The notes under the pieces: generated by a model
What the model was told of the DNA's origin: nothing
Databases searched by the model: none
The model's input: the letters and a program-made list of their open reading frames with translations, nothing else
Shown here: positions 1 to 9,011 of the stretch, one piece after another
Layout: the number at the start of each line of letters is the position of its first letter
Position numbering within the stretch: the first letter of the stretch is position 1
Translations under genes and position numbers: made by a program
DNA from: Acholeplasmataceae bacterium
Lineage (GTDB): Bacteria; Bacillota_I; Bacilli_A; Acholeplasmatales; Acholeplasmataceae
Direction of reading: 5' to 3'
Length of the DNA: 24,000 nucleotides
Assembly: GCA_049439405.1 (NCBI GenBank)
Contig: JBMTKL010000001.1
Coordinates: forward strand, 14,426 to 38,425

Positions 1-1592
1 CTTACATCACGTTTAAAATCATTCCAATTAATGTATTTTCCTGATAAATGTTTTTTAGAAACCTCAATAAATTTCTCTTTGATTTCAACAAGTAGTTGTT
101 CAGATGCTTGAATATATACAAATCCTTTTGTAACAATTTCAACTTTACCAATAATTTTTTTAGTTCTAGGATTAATATGTGCAACAATGAGTAACGTACC
201 ATCTTCGGCTAGCAACTCCCTGTCTTTCATGACAAAGTCATTCACATCTCCTATCGAAGTACCATCAATGAGTATTTCTCCAACTTTAATGTCTTGAAGT
301 CCAATATACATATCTTTATCTTTGAAATTCACAACATCGCCATTATCTAAAAGTAAAACTTGGTCTTCTTTATAGCCTAACGACATGGCAAGCTTTCTCA
401 GTCCATATTGATGCCTATATTCACCAATCGTTGGAATAATATAATCTGGTTTAAATAATTGAATCATCATTTTAAGTTCTTCTGATGATGCATGGTTATA
501 AGATAACATCTTTTTATCAACAGGAATAATGGTAGCTTCAGTACGATATAAAATATCCAATGTTCTTGCTGCCATTTTTTCAGTACCTGGCACTGGAGCA
601 GTAAGTAATAAGACCGTGTCATTATCTTCAATGTGAATCAATCGATCTTGTTTTTTGCACATTCTTTGTAACATGTAAAAAGGTTCATGTCTTGATCCGG
701 TGACTATAGCCACAATATCGTCATCGTTATTTTTATTTGCATCATCGATAAAACGTAGTTTGATCAGTTTTTCTTTAGGGATGTTAATATAGCCATCAGA
801 AATTGCGATATCTACAATCCTTTGAGCCCGACGTCCAATAATCGCGATTCTTTTTTTGTGTGCTAAGCAAATATCGATGACTTGTTGAATTTTATGTAAA
901 TCTGAAGAAAATACGGAAACAATGATGCGATGCGATGCATTTGTAAAAACACGATGTATGTTATTTTGTAATTCTTCGCTTAATCCACCAGAAACATGCA
1001 TATTTGATCCAATAGACTCAATTAATAGTGCCAGCACGTTCTTTTCAGCAATTTCATTAATCTTTTTAAAATTCGTTTGATAACGAGGATTACCACTTTG
1101 TTCTAATGTAAAATCACTTGTATAAACAATGACACCTTGAAGAGTATGAATCGCAATCCCAATGGATTCTGGGATGTTATGTGTCGTATTAAAAAACGTA
1201 AATCTCACACTACCAAATTTAACGATTGAGTGCTCATGAATCGTATTTAACGTTAATGTTTCTAAATCAAAGTTCTCTTCTTGCAATCGATCTTTAACAA
1301 CTTGCATTGTAAATTTAGTTGCATAAACTGGAACATTCAACTCTTTAAGTATATGTGGAAGTGCTCCAATATGGTCTTCGTGTGCATGCGATAAAAAAAT
1401 ACCTTTGATGCGCTGTTGTGCACGTATTAAAATTCTAAAATCCGGAATGATCTCATCAACACCAAAAAGTTCTTGTGAGGGATATTTAATTCCTGCATCT
1501 AAAATGTATAAATTGTTTTCGATTTCAAGAACGTACATATTTTTACCGTTCTCACTTAAACCACCTAATCCAAAAAAGCGAATATTTGACAT
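1..1592 (-). CDS. rnj: Ribonuclease J (metallo-beta-lactamase/beta-CASP RNase), 3'-partial; C-terminus lies beyond the left window edge
   Basis: My own reverse-strand translation from the ATG at 1592-1590 gives MSNIRFFGLGGLSENGKNMYVLEIENNLYILDAGIKYP...IKGIFLSHAHEDHIGALPHIL (HxHxDH motif). Later it reads ...VRFTFFNTTHNIPESIGIAIHTL, and the C-terminal part reads ...ILIDGTSIGDVNDFVMKDRELLAEDGTLLIV. The frame stays open to base 1, which explains why it is missing from the stop-delimited ORF track. AAGGT lies upstream of the ATG. Confidence 0.9.
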   Translation of the reverse strand, partial: MSNIRFFGLGGLSENGKNMYVLEIENNLYILDAGIKYPSQELFGVDEIIPDFRILIRAQQRIKGIFLSHAHEDHIGALPHILKELNVPVYATKFTMQVVKDRLQEENFDLETLTLNTIHEHSIVKFGSVRFTFFNTTHNIPESIGIAIHTLQGVIVYTSDFTLEQSGNPRYQTNFKKINEIAEKNVLALLIESIGSNMHVSGGLSEELQNNIHRVFTNASHRIIVSVFSSDLHKIQQVIDICLAHKKRIAIIGRRAQRIVDIAISDGYINIPKEKLIKLRFIDDANKNNDDDIVAIVTGSRHEPFYMLQRMCKKQDRLIHIEDNDTVLLLTAPVPGTEKMAARTLDILYRTEATIIPVDKKMLSYNHASSEELKMMIQLFKPDYIIPTIGEYRHQYGLRKLAMSLGYKEDQVLLLDNGDVVNFKDKDMYIGLQDIKVGEILIDGTSIGDVNDFVMKDRELLAEDGTLLIVAHINPRTKKIIGKVEIVTKGFVYIQASEQLLVEIKEKFIEVSKKHLSGKYINWNDFKRDV

Positions 1593-1690
1593 ATTTTTAC
1601 CTTGTATCGTTTTATTTAATTTTATTATATCATAGTTTAAGAAATGCTCGTTAGCGATGACTAATATATGGTAAAATAAATGTAGGTGAT

Positions 1691-2257
1691 ATGATGAAAT
1701 ATCCAAACAACAAAAAAACATATGTTCAAAAAAGTGTGCATTCAAAATTAGGGATGACCCTTGAAGAAGACATCAATCAAACAAATACATATTACTTGCA
1801 ACAAGGCATTGCCAATATCCATAAAAAACCAACACCAGTTCAAGTCGTTTCTGTAAATTATCCTGCAAGAAATAAAGCGAAAATTACAGAAGCTTATTAT
1901 AAAACGCCCTCAACAACAGACTATAATGGTCTTTATAAAGGACGTTATATTGATTTTGATTGTAAAGAAACTAAGAACAAGACATCACTGCCACTTTCAA
2001 ATATCCACATCCATCAGCAACAGCATTTAAAAGATATTCATGACAAAGGTGGTCTTGCATTTTTGATTGTGCATTTTAAACAGCAAAATCGATACTTTCT
2101 CATGCCTTATACATCATTAGATCCATATTTTAACGGTTCAATGAATAGAAAATCCATCCCATTTGATGCTTTCTTAAAATATGGTTATGAAATCCCTTTT
2201 ACATATCAACCACGTTTAGACTACTTGAAAATTATTGATACATTGTTGAAGTCTTAA
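1691..2257 (+). CDS. recU: Holliday junction resolvase RecU
   Basis: The 188-aa ORF contains GMTLEEDINQTNTYYLQQGIANIHKKPTPVQVV...STTDYNGLYKGRYIDFDCKETKNKTSLPL, which matches the RecU core as I remember it from Bacillus. AGGTGA RBS precedes a double ATG start. Confidence 0.9.
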   Translation: MMKYPNNKKTYVQKSVHSKLGMTLEEDINQTNTYYLQQGIANIHKKPTPVQVVSVNYPARNKAKITEAYYKTPSTTDYNGLYKGRYIDFDCKETKNKTSLPLSNIHIHQQQHLKDIHDKGGLAFLIVHFKQQNRYFLMPYTSLDPYFNGSMNRKSIPFDAFLKYGYEIPFTYQPRLDYLKIIDTLLKS

Positions 2258-2915
2258 GGATTCTTTGATAGATCACAACACCAATACCATATGATATAAA
2301 TAATGTTGATGCGATATATATGAGATTATAGCTGATACTATAAAAAACGACATTATTATCAAACAATTCAAATATTTGAGTCGCTATATTAGGTTCAATA
2401 TTACCAGCTTCCACTTCTGATGTTGCATAAGCTATTGAACTTGACCATAATATGACACCGGATAAACTTGATGACACTAATCTAACAAAACTCACAAATG
2501 CAAATGCTTGGAACATTTTTAATGCTGTCATTTCAAATGGTGTTTTAAATAATCCTGATAAACCAAATGCCATAAATGGAATGGCATAATCGAGTAGGAA
2601 TAAACTTACAATTTTTAACAATGTCCAAGATTCTCCAGTCCAACTTTCAAGCGTAATACGTAACGTGTCCAAATAAACAATATAATCGGCACCAAAATTG
2701 TAAAGTGCATAAATAAAACCACCTAATAGTCCGTATTTTAAACCAAATATCAGACCAATGAAAACAAGCGGAATCATTGAGATTCCAAAAAACTTCCCAC
2801 CAAAAGGCATACTTGCATTTAACCCAGGTATACTTGATGTGATCACATCGACAATGATCGCGATGGCAACTAAAATTGCAGTGGTAACTACTGCTTTAAC
2901 ATTTGGATTTTTCAT
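2232..2915 (-). CDS. thiT: Thiamine (or thiamine-precursor) transporter, ThiT-like ECF substrate-binding (S) component
   Basis: The 227-aa protein is polytopic and very hydrophobic, with about 6 predicted TM segments. It lies directly downstream of a TPP riboswitch. GGAGG RBS at 2921-2925 (minus). The substrate assignment rests mainly on the riboswitch. The ThiT family call is by overall resemblance only. Confidence 0.65.
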   Translation of the reverse strand: MKNPNVKAVVTTAILVAIAIIVDVITSSIPGLNASMPFGGKFFGISMIPLVFIGLIFGLKYGLLGGFIYALYNFGADYIVYLDTLRITLESWTGESWTLLKIVSLFLLDYAIPFMAFGLSGLFKTPFEMTALKMFQAFAFVSFVRLVSSSLSGVILWSSSIAYATSEVEAGNIEPNIATQIFELFDNNVVFYSISYNLIYIASTLFISYGIGVVIYQRILKTSTMYQ

Positions 2916-2925
2916 TTCTACCTCC

Positions 2926-2958
2926 TAAAATAAAAAAGTTTCTATGGCAACATAGAAA
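2926..2958 (-). terminator. Intrinsic terminator forming the expression platform of the TPP riboswitch
   Basis: The minus strand reads TTTCTATG-TTGC-CATAGAAA followed by CTTTTTTATTTT. This is a perfect 8-bp stem (2939-2946 / 2951-2958), a 4-nt loop and a U-tract. It sits between the aptamer and the RBS. Confidence 0.75.
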
Positions 2959-2976
2959 TGGGTTCACATATGAACT

Positions 2977-3053
2977 CACTATCCCATGCTGGCATTATCC
3001 AGTCCGGTACTCGGGTCGAATATTTCCTCTCAGCCTTTCGGCTCCCCGTAGTG
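2977..3053 (-). promoter_or_regulatory. TPP (THI-box) riboswitch aptamer
   Basis: The minus strand reads CACTACGGGGAGCCGAAAGGCTGAGAGGAAATATTCGACCCGAGTACCGGACTGGATAATGCCAGCATGGGATAGTG. It contains the hallmark CTGAGA, ACCC, CTGGATAATGCCAGC and GGGA elements, and a closing P1 helix CACTA/TAGTG. Confidence 0.9.
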
Positions 3054-3132
3054 ATATAGTCAACTTTAACATACTTTGTATATTAAAATCAATACATTTG
3101 AAAATGATGACATAGTAATTTATAATATTTTC

Positions 3133-3161
3133 TTGTAATTTTTAATAATTTATAGTATAAT
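3133..3161 (+). promoter_or_regulatory. Sigma-70-type promoter for the 3184-4940 operon
   Basis: TTGTAA (3133-3138), a 17-nt spacer, then TATAAT (3156-3161). It lies about 22 nt upstream of the AAGGAG RBS and the ATG at 3184. In AT-rich DNA such matches can arise by chance. Confidence 0.5.
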
Positions 3162-3183
3162 TATTATGTGAAAGGAGAATTAT

Positions 3184-3564
3184 ATGTCATTTACATGGTT
3201 TAATGAAAAACCTAAAGAAGTAATCGTCACACTAGCTTCAGGTAATATTACATTGAATAAACAAGGTTCAATGTGTTTTGAACACGCATACAATGTTTTA
3301 CTAGGCGTTGATCATACGTCGCATCGTATAGCAATTAAGCCATTGGATAAAGATGAATCCATGAGCCAGTTATATCCTGATAATAAGAAATACAAAATTA
3401 CAGTTCGATCATCCTATGCACGGATTACAAATAAGGCATTTATGGAAGAAATCTCATCTTTAACGGGTTTAAATTTAGAAGTCACACCTGTAAAATTCCC
3501 TGCAACATGGAATGAGAAAGAACAGATGCTAATTATTGATCTTAAAGGAGGTGCAGCATCATGA
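3184..3564 (+). CDS. Hypothetical soluble protein, 126 aa, unknown family; first gene of the NfeD-SPFH operon
   Basis: Strong AAGGAG RBS at 3172-3177 and its own promoter. Its TGA stop overlaps the nfeD ATG (ATGA at 3561-3564). No TM segment and no motif I recognise. Confidence 0.7.
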   Translation: MSFTWFNEKPKEVIVTLASGNITLNKQGSMCFEHAYNVLLGVDHTSHRIAIKPLDKDESMSQLYPDNKKYKITVRSSYARITNKAFMEEISSLTGLNLEVTPVKFPATWNEKEQMLIIDLKGGAAS

Positions 3565-4001
3565 TAGAATTTACAAGCGAAGTTTTAATTTGGTTTTGGT
3601 TAGGTGTATTCATTATTTCGATTATTCTAGAGGCTGCTACGGTTGATTTTGTCGCCCTTTGGTTTGCAGTCGCTGCGTTGCCATCATTTATTTTATCACT
3701 TGTTGGTGCTCCGCTATGGTTACAAGTGATTATATTTTTGTTGGTTGCCATTCTTCTATTGGCATTTACAAGACCTTACATGGTTAAATATTTTAAAACA
3801 AATAGAACAAAGACAAATGTTCATGCAGCCATTGGCAAAATTGCAGTTGTAACTGAAGAAATCACACCTAATCAAATTGGATCAGTGAAACTTAGAGGGA
3901 TTAGTTGGTCTGCCATTTCTAATTATCCAATTAAAAAAAATGCGGAAGTTCGCATTTTAGACATTGAAGGTGTAAAATTAATTGTAGAACCTATTGAATA
4001 A
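3561..4001 (+). CDS. NfeD-family membrane protein (short form, YbbJ/YuaF-like)
   Basis: The 146-aa protein has an N-terminal hydrophobic region with several TM helices. Its C-terminal soluble part reads GKIAVVTEEITPNQIGSVKLRGISWSAIS...AEVRILDIEGVKLIVEP, typical of the NfeD OB-fold. It sits directly upstream of an SPFH gene, the classic pairing. Confidence 0.85.
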   Translation: MIEFTSEVLIWFWLGVFIISIILEAATVDFVALWFAVAALPSFILSLVGAPLWLQVIIFLLVAILLLAFTRPYMVKYFKTNRTKTNVHAAIGKIAVVTEEITPNQIGSVKLRGISWSAISNYPIKKNAEVRILDIEGVKLIVEPIE

Positions 4002-4034
4002 AAAAATTCTAGCATAAAAAAAGGAGAGTAAAAC

Positions 4035-4940
4035 ATGCCAGGAGTAGCAATTATTATTGTTGTCGTTGTCATCATTGTTTTAATTGTTTCAAGCTTTAGA
4101 CTTGTCACACAAACAAACATGTATGTCATCGAACGTTTAGGTGGTTATTCAACCACATGGGATACGGGAATTCATATTTTAATTCCATTTGTTGATCGTG
4201 TAGTATCACAAGTATCTATGAAAGAACAGGTGCGAGATTTTCCACCTCAACCCGTGATTACTAAAGATAACTTAACGATGCAAATTGATGCCGTTGTCTT
4301 CTTCCAAGTCACAGATCCAAAACTTTACGCATATGGTGTTAATAACCCAATTGCAGCCATTGAAAATTTATCTGCAACGACATTGCGTAATATTATTGGT
4401 GATTTAGATTTAGATCAAACATTGACATCACGTGATTTAATTAACACGAAAATGCGTGAAATTTTAGATGAGGCAACTGATGCATGGGGTATTAAAGTGA
4501 ATCGTGTTGAAGTTAAAAACATTATTCCACCTAAAGATATTCGTGAAGCCTTAGAAAAACAACTTAGAGCAGAACGTGAAAAACGTGAAAGTATCTTAGT
4601 TGCTGAAGGGGAAAAAAGAGCTCAAATTCTTCGTGCTGAAGGGGATGCTGAATCCGTTATCTTAAGAGCGAATGCAGCTAAACAAGAACGAATTTTAGAA
4701 GCTGAAGGTGAAGCTGAAGCTATTTTCAAACTTAAAGAAGCTGAAGCAACAGGTATTAAACTCATCAAAGATTCCAAAGCTGATGATGCTGTTCTCAAAA
4801 TTAAGAGTTTTGAAGCACTTGCAAAAGTTGCTGACGGACAATCCACAAAAATTATTGTCCCATCGAACTTAATGGATTTATCTTCTGTTGTTCTTGCTGC
4901 TAAAGAAATTGCAACAGGAAAAGAACCAGCAAAAAAATAA
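4035..4940 (+). CDS. SPFH/band-7 family protein (stomatin/QmcA-like)
   Basis: The 301-aa protein has an N-terminal TM anchor (AIIIVVVVIIVLIV). Its SPFH core reads YVIERLGGY...VITKDNLTMQIDAVVFFQVTDP...LRNIIGDLDLDQTLTSRD...WGIKVNRVEVKNIIPP. An Ala/Glu-rich coiled coil follows (AEREKRESILVAEGEKRAQILRAEGDAES...). GGAGAG RBS. Confidence 0.9.
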   Translation: MPGVAIIIVVVVIIVLIVSSFRLVTQTNMYVIERLGGYSTTWDTGIHILIPFVDRVVSQVSMKEQVRDFPPQPVITKDNLTMQIDAVVFFQVTDPKLYAYGVNNPIAAIENLSATTLRNIIGDLDLDQTLTSRDLINTKMREILDEATDAWGIKVNRVEVKNIIPPKDIREALEKQLRAEREKRESILVAEGEKRAQILRAEGDAESVILRANAAKQERILEAEGEAEAIFKLKEAEATGIKLIKDSKADDAVLKIKSFEALAKVADGQSTKIIVPSNLMDLSSVVLAAKEIATGKEPAKK

Positions 4941-4943
4941 ACT

Positions 4944-4975
4944 AAAAAAAAAGCACCGAAAGGTGCTTTTAATTT
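4944..4975. terminator. Bidirectional intrinsic terminator between the convergent SPFH and pdp genes
   Basis: AAAAAAAAAGCACC-GAAA-GGTGCTTTTAATTT. The stem is AGCACC/GGTGCT (4952-4957 / 4962-4967), flanked by an A-run and a T-run. Confidence 0.7.
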
Positions 4976-6267
4976 GTAATAATATCATAAATTAAAGTAA
5001 TGTCTTGGGCTTTTTCAGTAAATGTATAGGCATTTTTCATGAGTGCCATGGCTTCTTCAATCCCTTTATCTTGAACATTTAAGGTCGCTAATATATCGCC
5101 TTTTTCTACTTTTTCGCCTACCTTATACTTCAATACAATACCAACTGAATGATCAACCTCATCGGTTTTGACTTTTCTGCCTGCGCCGAGTGCCATACCT
5201 GCTTGACCAACTTTCAATGCATCAATATGTTTAATGTAACCTGAGGATTCACTGATGACATGAACAGTTTTTTTAGCAATACGACTGCTCATGTTTAGTA
5301 ATTGCTCCCCATCTCCTCCTTGATCTTCTACCATACGCTTCAAATATGGGAATGCAACACCTTTATGAAGTACAAGCATTACAGCATCATAAGCAATATC
5401 TTCATTCTCAAAAATATTTGCTGCAACGAGTAATTGTGCTGATAACATTGAAACAATGACATTAAGATCATCAGGTCCTTTACCTAAAAGTGTCTCAACA
5501 GCTTCAAAAACCTCATGTGCATTTCCAACATAGTGTCCTAAAGGTTCACTCATATTTGTCAGAACAGCAATTACTTTTTTACCTGCTTTATGACCAATAT
5601 TAACCATCAAGGTTGCTAACTTTCTAGCACTATCCAGATCTTTCATGAAAGCACCATCGCCAACTTTGACATCTAATACAATCACATCTGCTCCTGATGC
5701 GAGTTTTTTGCTCATAATCGATGATGCAATTAATGGCATACTGTCAACAGTTGCTGTTACATCACGGAGTGCATAAAGCTTTTTATCTGCAGGTGCAACA
5801 TCACCTGATTGACCAATGATTGAAATGTCATGTGTGTTCACTTGATGTTTAAACGCTTCTTCACTCATGACGACTTTAAACCCAGGTATGCTTTCTAATT
5901 TATCTAACGTACCACCAGTATGTCCAAGTCCACGGCCACTCATCTTAGCGAGCTTTAAACCAAAATGTGCCATTAAAGGTGCGATAATCAAAGAGGTTTT
6001 ATCACCAACACCTCCTGTAGAGTGTTTATCAACTTTAATGCCTTCTATATCTGATAAGTCAATCACATCACCTGAATCTCTCATGGCTAAAGCTAAATGT
6101 GTTGATTCTTCATCATTCATTCCATTGAGTAAAATAGCCATGGTCATGGCACTCATTTGATAATCTGGAATTGACCCGTTGGTATATCCTTGAATCATGA
6201 AGCGAATCATTGCTTCATCTAATGTTTTTTTCTCTTTTTTGAGTTGTATTAATTGTGTCATTGTCAT
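4969..6267 (-). CDS. pdp: Pyrimidine-nucleoside (thymidine) phosphorylase
   Basis: The 432-aa protein reads LKKEKKTLDEAMIRFMIQGYTNGSIPDYQMSAMTMAI...VDKHSTGGVGDKTSLIIAPL...SGRGLGHTGGTLDKLESIPGF. These are canonical family motifs. Confidence 0.92.
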   Translation of the reverse strand: MTMTQLIQLKKEKKTLDEAMIRFMIQGYTNGSIPDYQMSAMTMAILLNGMNDEESTHLALAMRDSGDVIDLSDIEGIKVDKHSTGGVGDKTSLIIAPLMAHFGLKLAKMSGRGLGHTGGTLDKLESIPGFKVVMSEEAFKHQVNTHDISIIGQSGDVAPADKKLYALRDVTATVDSMPLIASSIMSKKLASGADVIVLDVKVGDGAFMKDLDSARKLATLMVNIGHKAGKKVIAVLTNMSEPLGHYVGNAHEVFEAVETLLGKGPDDLNVIVSMLSAQLLVAANIFENEDIAYDAVMLVLHKGVAFPYLKRMVEDQGGDGEQLLNMSSRIAKKTVHVISESSGYIKHIDALKVGQAGMALGAGRKVKTDEVDHSVGIVLKYKVGEKVEKGDILATLNVQDKGIEEAMALMKNAYTFTEKAQDITLIYDIITN

Positions 6268-6329
6268 AGTATCACCGCTTCTATTGTAACATAAAATTCA
6301 CTTATGGTATACTTCTATTTGGTGAAACT

Positions 6330-6883
6330 ATGATACTAAAAGTAATGAGACATTCTTTAACAAACCTTAATGAATCACAGAGAATTCAAGGTCAAATTGA
6401 CATTCCATTATCTGCGAATGGTGAACAATTAGCACATCAGATATGGAAAGCTATTGATGTGGGTCCAATAGATTATATTGTTTCTTCACCATTACTTAGA
6501 GCAACTCAAACTGCTATGATAGCATCCAAATATTTAAACTATAAAAAGCCTATTGTTACGTTGCAACTTTTCATTGAACGAAACTTTGGCATACTAGATT
6601 ATCAACCGATTGAAACATCGAGACCTTTGTTAAAGCATCCTAAAAATATCGAAGGGTTTGAACACAATGATGCATTTGAATCGAGAATTACAGAAGGACT
6701 AAATATATTACACAAATATTACTCGTTTTTTGTCACTCGCGCGTCATCAAGGCACTTCTTCAAATCAGCTCAAATATAGAAGCCAGTTACAGGACAACGA
6801 AAATTGACCATGAAAGTATATTAGAATTTAATTTTGATGGGAACACCTTAACATTCATAAAAACAATAAAAAAGAACACGTAA
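6330..6883 (+). pseudogene. Histidine phosphatase (phosphoglycerate-mutase-like) family gene interrupted by a frameshift at a T6 tract
   Basis: Frame A (6330-6779) gives MRHSLTNLN...SSPLLRATQTA...ERNFGILDYQ and then nonsense (FFVTRASSRHFFKSAQI*). Shifting frame at the T-run 6726-6731 gives LVFCHSRVIKALLQ...IDHESILEFNFDGNTLTFIKTIKKNT*. That is the expected C-terminal His-containing half of the fold. It ends at TAA 6881-6883, immediately before a terminator. Confidence 0.7.
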
Positions 6884-6899
6884 TGTGTTCTTTTATTTT
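6868..6899. terminator. Bidirectional intrinsic terminator between the phosphatase gene and plsC
   Basis: AAAAAAGAACAC-GTAAT-GTGTTCTTTTATTTT. The stem is 6873-6879 / 6885-6891, with flanking A and T runs. Confidence 0.7.
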
Positions 6900-7675
6900 A
6901 CTTGATTAATTTGATTTTTTACTAGGTCGGCAAGATCACCACTCGACATGTTTTTATATTGCTCATAAGGGATTGGTGGCATAAAATAAACATGTTTATC
7001 CGTATGAAAAAATGGCATTCTTTTTCTTACTTGAGTGTTACCCATAATGCGTACAGGTACAATCGCTGCCTGAGATTTCGTTGCAATTTTTAGTGAGCCT
7101 GCTTTGAGTTCACCAAGGCTTTCTTCATGCTTATATTTTGTTCCTCCTTCCGGAAAAACAATCATCGCATGTTCAGATTTTACTCTCTTAATGGCATCGA
7201 TTAAACGTTTTACTGTATCACGATCATTATCTCTATCAACCATGAAACATCCCATAGCTTTTAGCCAACCACCCACGACTGGTATTTTATATAACGATTT
7301 TTTAGGTGTAAATGCAAGTGGTCTTTTTATTATGCTTAATAAAATGAATGCATCTGTGTATGATTTATGTGTAGAATAAAATACAGTTTCACCTTCAACT
7401 GGTATATTTTCCAAACCATGATAAATAGGTCTAAGTCTAGCAATAAAGCGATTAACAGTGTTCCCCATTGATCTTGTTGTGTAGGTGAAAAACTTATTTT
7501 TCGGTCCTGTGAGTCTATAAAAAGGTGTAAAGATTTGAAAAATCATCAACAACATAAAAACAGTAACAAATTGAGCGAGCATAATCCACACTGGAATTAA
7601 AAAAGTATTGTCAACGAGACTTGTCATTGTAAATACAAATCCTACATATATAATGATATAAAATAAAGTAAACAT
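6893..7675 (-). CDS. plsC: 1-acyl-sn-glycerol-3-phosphate acyltransferase (LPLAT family)
   Basis: The 260-aa protein has an N-terminal TM region. It carries an HxxxxD acyltransferase motif (STHKSYTDAF) and an FPEGGT motif. Confidence 0.85.
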   Translation of the reverse strand: MFTLFYIIIYVGFVFTMTSLVDNTFLIPVWIMLAQFVTVFMLLMIFQIFTPFYRLTGPKNKFFTYTTRSMGNTVNRFIARLRPIYHGLENIPVEGETVFYSTHKSYTDAFILLSIIKRPLAFTPKKSLYKIPVVGGWLKAMGCFMVDRDNDRDTVKRLIDAIKRVKSEHAMIVFPEGGTKYKHEESLGELKAGSLKIATKSQAAIVPVRIMGNTQVRKRMPFFHTDKHVYFMPPIPYEQYKNMSSGDLADLVKNQINQVK

Positions 7676-7680
7676 ATTTT

Positions 7681-8148
7681 CTATTTCCTTTCATATTTGG
7701 TTAATATCAGTTGAGGTTTTATTTGGTATTCACTCAATTTAAAATGTTTTAATGAATACTTTGGAAAATGTGTATCACCATCATACCGATTTAAAATATA
7801 TGTAATATACAATACATCTGCATATTTCAATGCAATGTCATAAATCTTTGCACCACCTAAAACAAAGATGTCCCCATGATAACTTTTTAGAAATTGTTCA
7901 ACATCATCAATAATGATTCCATGATGAATGGTTGACATCGATTTTGATGCAACATATACTTCTTCGTAAGGAAGATTTCCACTAGGAAAATAGGACATCA
8001 TGGAATCATAAGTTTCTTTACCCATCAGTACTTTTTTACCTCGAGTAATTCGGTTAAAATACTTTAAATCTTCAGGATAATGCCATGGTAATTTGTTTTT
8101 TAATCCTATGACACGATTTTCATCCATAGCCCATATCAAAGCTATCAT
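7681..8148 (-). CDS. folA: Dihydrofolate reductase
   Basis: The 155-aa protein reads [49 protein letters not shown]...VLGGAKIY. Its start overlaps the thyA stop by 4 nt. Confidence 0.9.
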   Translation of the reverse strand: MIALIWAMDENRVIGLKNKLPWHYPEDLKYFNRITRGKKVLMGKETYDSMMSYFPSGNLPYEEVYVASKSMSTIHHGIIIDDVEQFLKSYHGDIFVLGGAKIYDIALKYADVLYITYILNRYDGDTHFPKYSLKHFKLSEYQIKPQLILTKYERK

Positions 8149-9011
8149 ACTGCTACTTTTCCTTGAATTCGTGGATGTGATTGATACTCTAATACTTTAA
8201 TATCATCAAAAGTAAAATCTTCAAGATGTTTTATGTTTGGATTAAGCCATAATTTTGGAAGAGGCATAGGTTTTCTTGACAGTTGTAATTGAACTTGTTC
8301 AAGGTGATTATGATAAATATGTGCATCACCAATTGTATGTACAAATTCTCCAACATCATAACCAGTTACATGAGCAACCATTGCGAGCAGTAAAGCATAG
8401 GAAGCGATATTAAATGGAATACCTAAAAACACATCACCACTTCTTTGATAGAGTTGAAGTGATAATTGATTATTGTTTATATAAAATTGTATTAACGTGT
8501 GGCACGGTGGTAAAGCCATATCTGAAATCTCAGCTGGATTCCAAGCAGACAAAATCATCCGCCTCGAATCTGGTCGATGTTTGATTAAATCTAATATGTA
8601 GCTTAATTGGTCTACACCGTTAAAATTTCTCCACTGTGCACCATATACAGGACCTAAATCACCATGTTTTTCGGCAAAAGACGTATCAGACTTAATTTTT
8701 TCAGCAAATTCTTTGATTGTTTCACCTTGAAAATCATCACTTTTTTTATAAGTTTCATAAGGCCAATCATTCCAGATATTAACATCATGATCCACTAAAT
8801 ATTTTATATTGGTATCACCTTTGATAAACCATAGCAATTCATGAATAATCGCTTTATAATATACTTTTTTTGTGGTGACAAGTGGAAATCCATCTTTAAG
8901 TGGGAAACGCATTTGATAACCGAAAAGAGACCGTGTCCCAGTTCCGGTACGGTCTTCTTTATCTTTACCTTGTTTTAATATTGTTTCTATGAGTTCAAGA
9001 TACTTTTTCAT
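8145..9011 (-). CDS. thyA: Thymidylate synthase (ThyA type)
   Basis: The 288-aa protein reads [17 protein letters not shown]...[22 protein letters not shown]...[22 protein letters not shown]. The catalytic Cys context is present. Confidence 0.95.
   Translation of the reverse strand: MKKYLELIETILKQGKDKEDRTGTGTRSLFGYQMRFPLKDGFPLVTTKKVYYKAIIHELLWFIKGDTNIKYLVDHDVNIWNDWPYETYKKSDDFQGETIKEFAEKIKSDTSFAEKHGDLGPVYGAQWRNFNGVDQLSYILDLIKHRPDSRRMILSAWNPAEISDMALPPCHTLIQFYINNNQLSLQLYQRSGDVFLGIPFNIASYALLLAMVAHVTGYDVGEFVHTIGDAHIYHNHLEQVQLQLSRKPMPLPKLWLNPNIKHLEDFTFDDIKVLEYQSHPRIQGKVAV

Noticed and set aside
2903-3115. 70-aa plus-strand ORF in the thiT upstream region
   Set aside because: It lies exactly over the TPP riboswitch and its terminator on the opposite strand. 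It has no RBS and is an artefact of the structured RNA region.
2-4129. Small ORFs 2-202(-), 1405-1635(+), 3542-3751(-) and 3923-4129(-)
   Set aside because: They overlap the rnj, nfeD or SPFH coding sequences in other frames or strands. The real rnj frame is open across 1-1592, so these are spurious.
4600-4760. Repeated GCTGAAGG/GAAGCTGAAG units at the DNA level
   Set aside because: They encode the Ala/Glu-rich (AEGE/AEAE) coiled-coil region typical of SPFH/stomatin C-termini. This is a coding periodicity, not a repeat element or CRISPR-like array.
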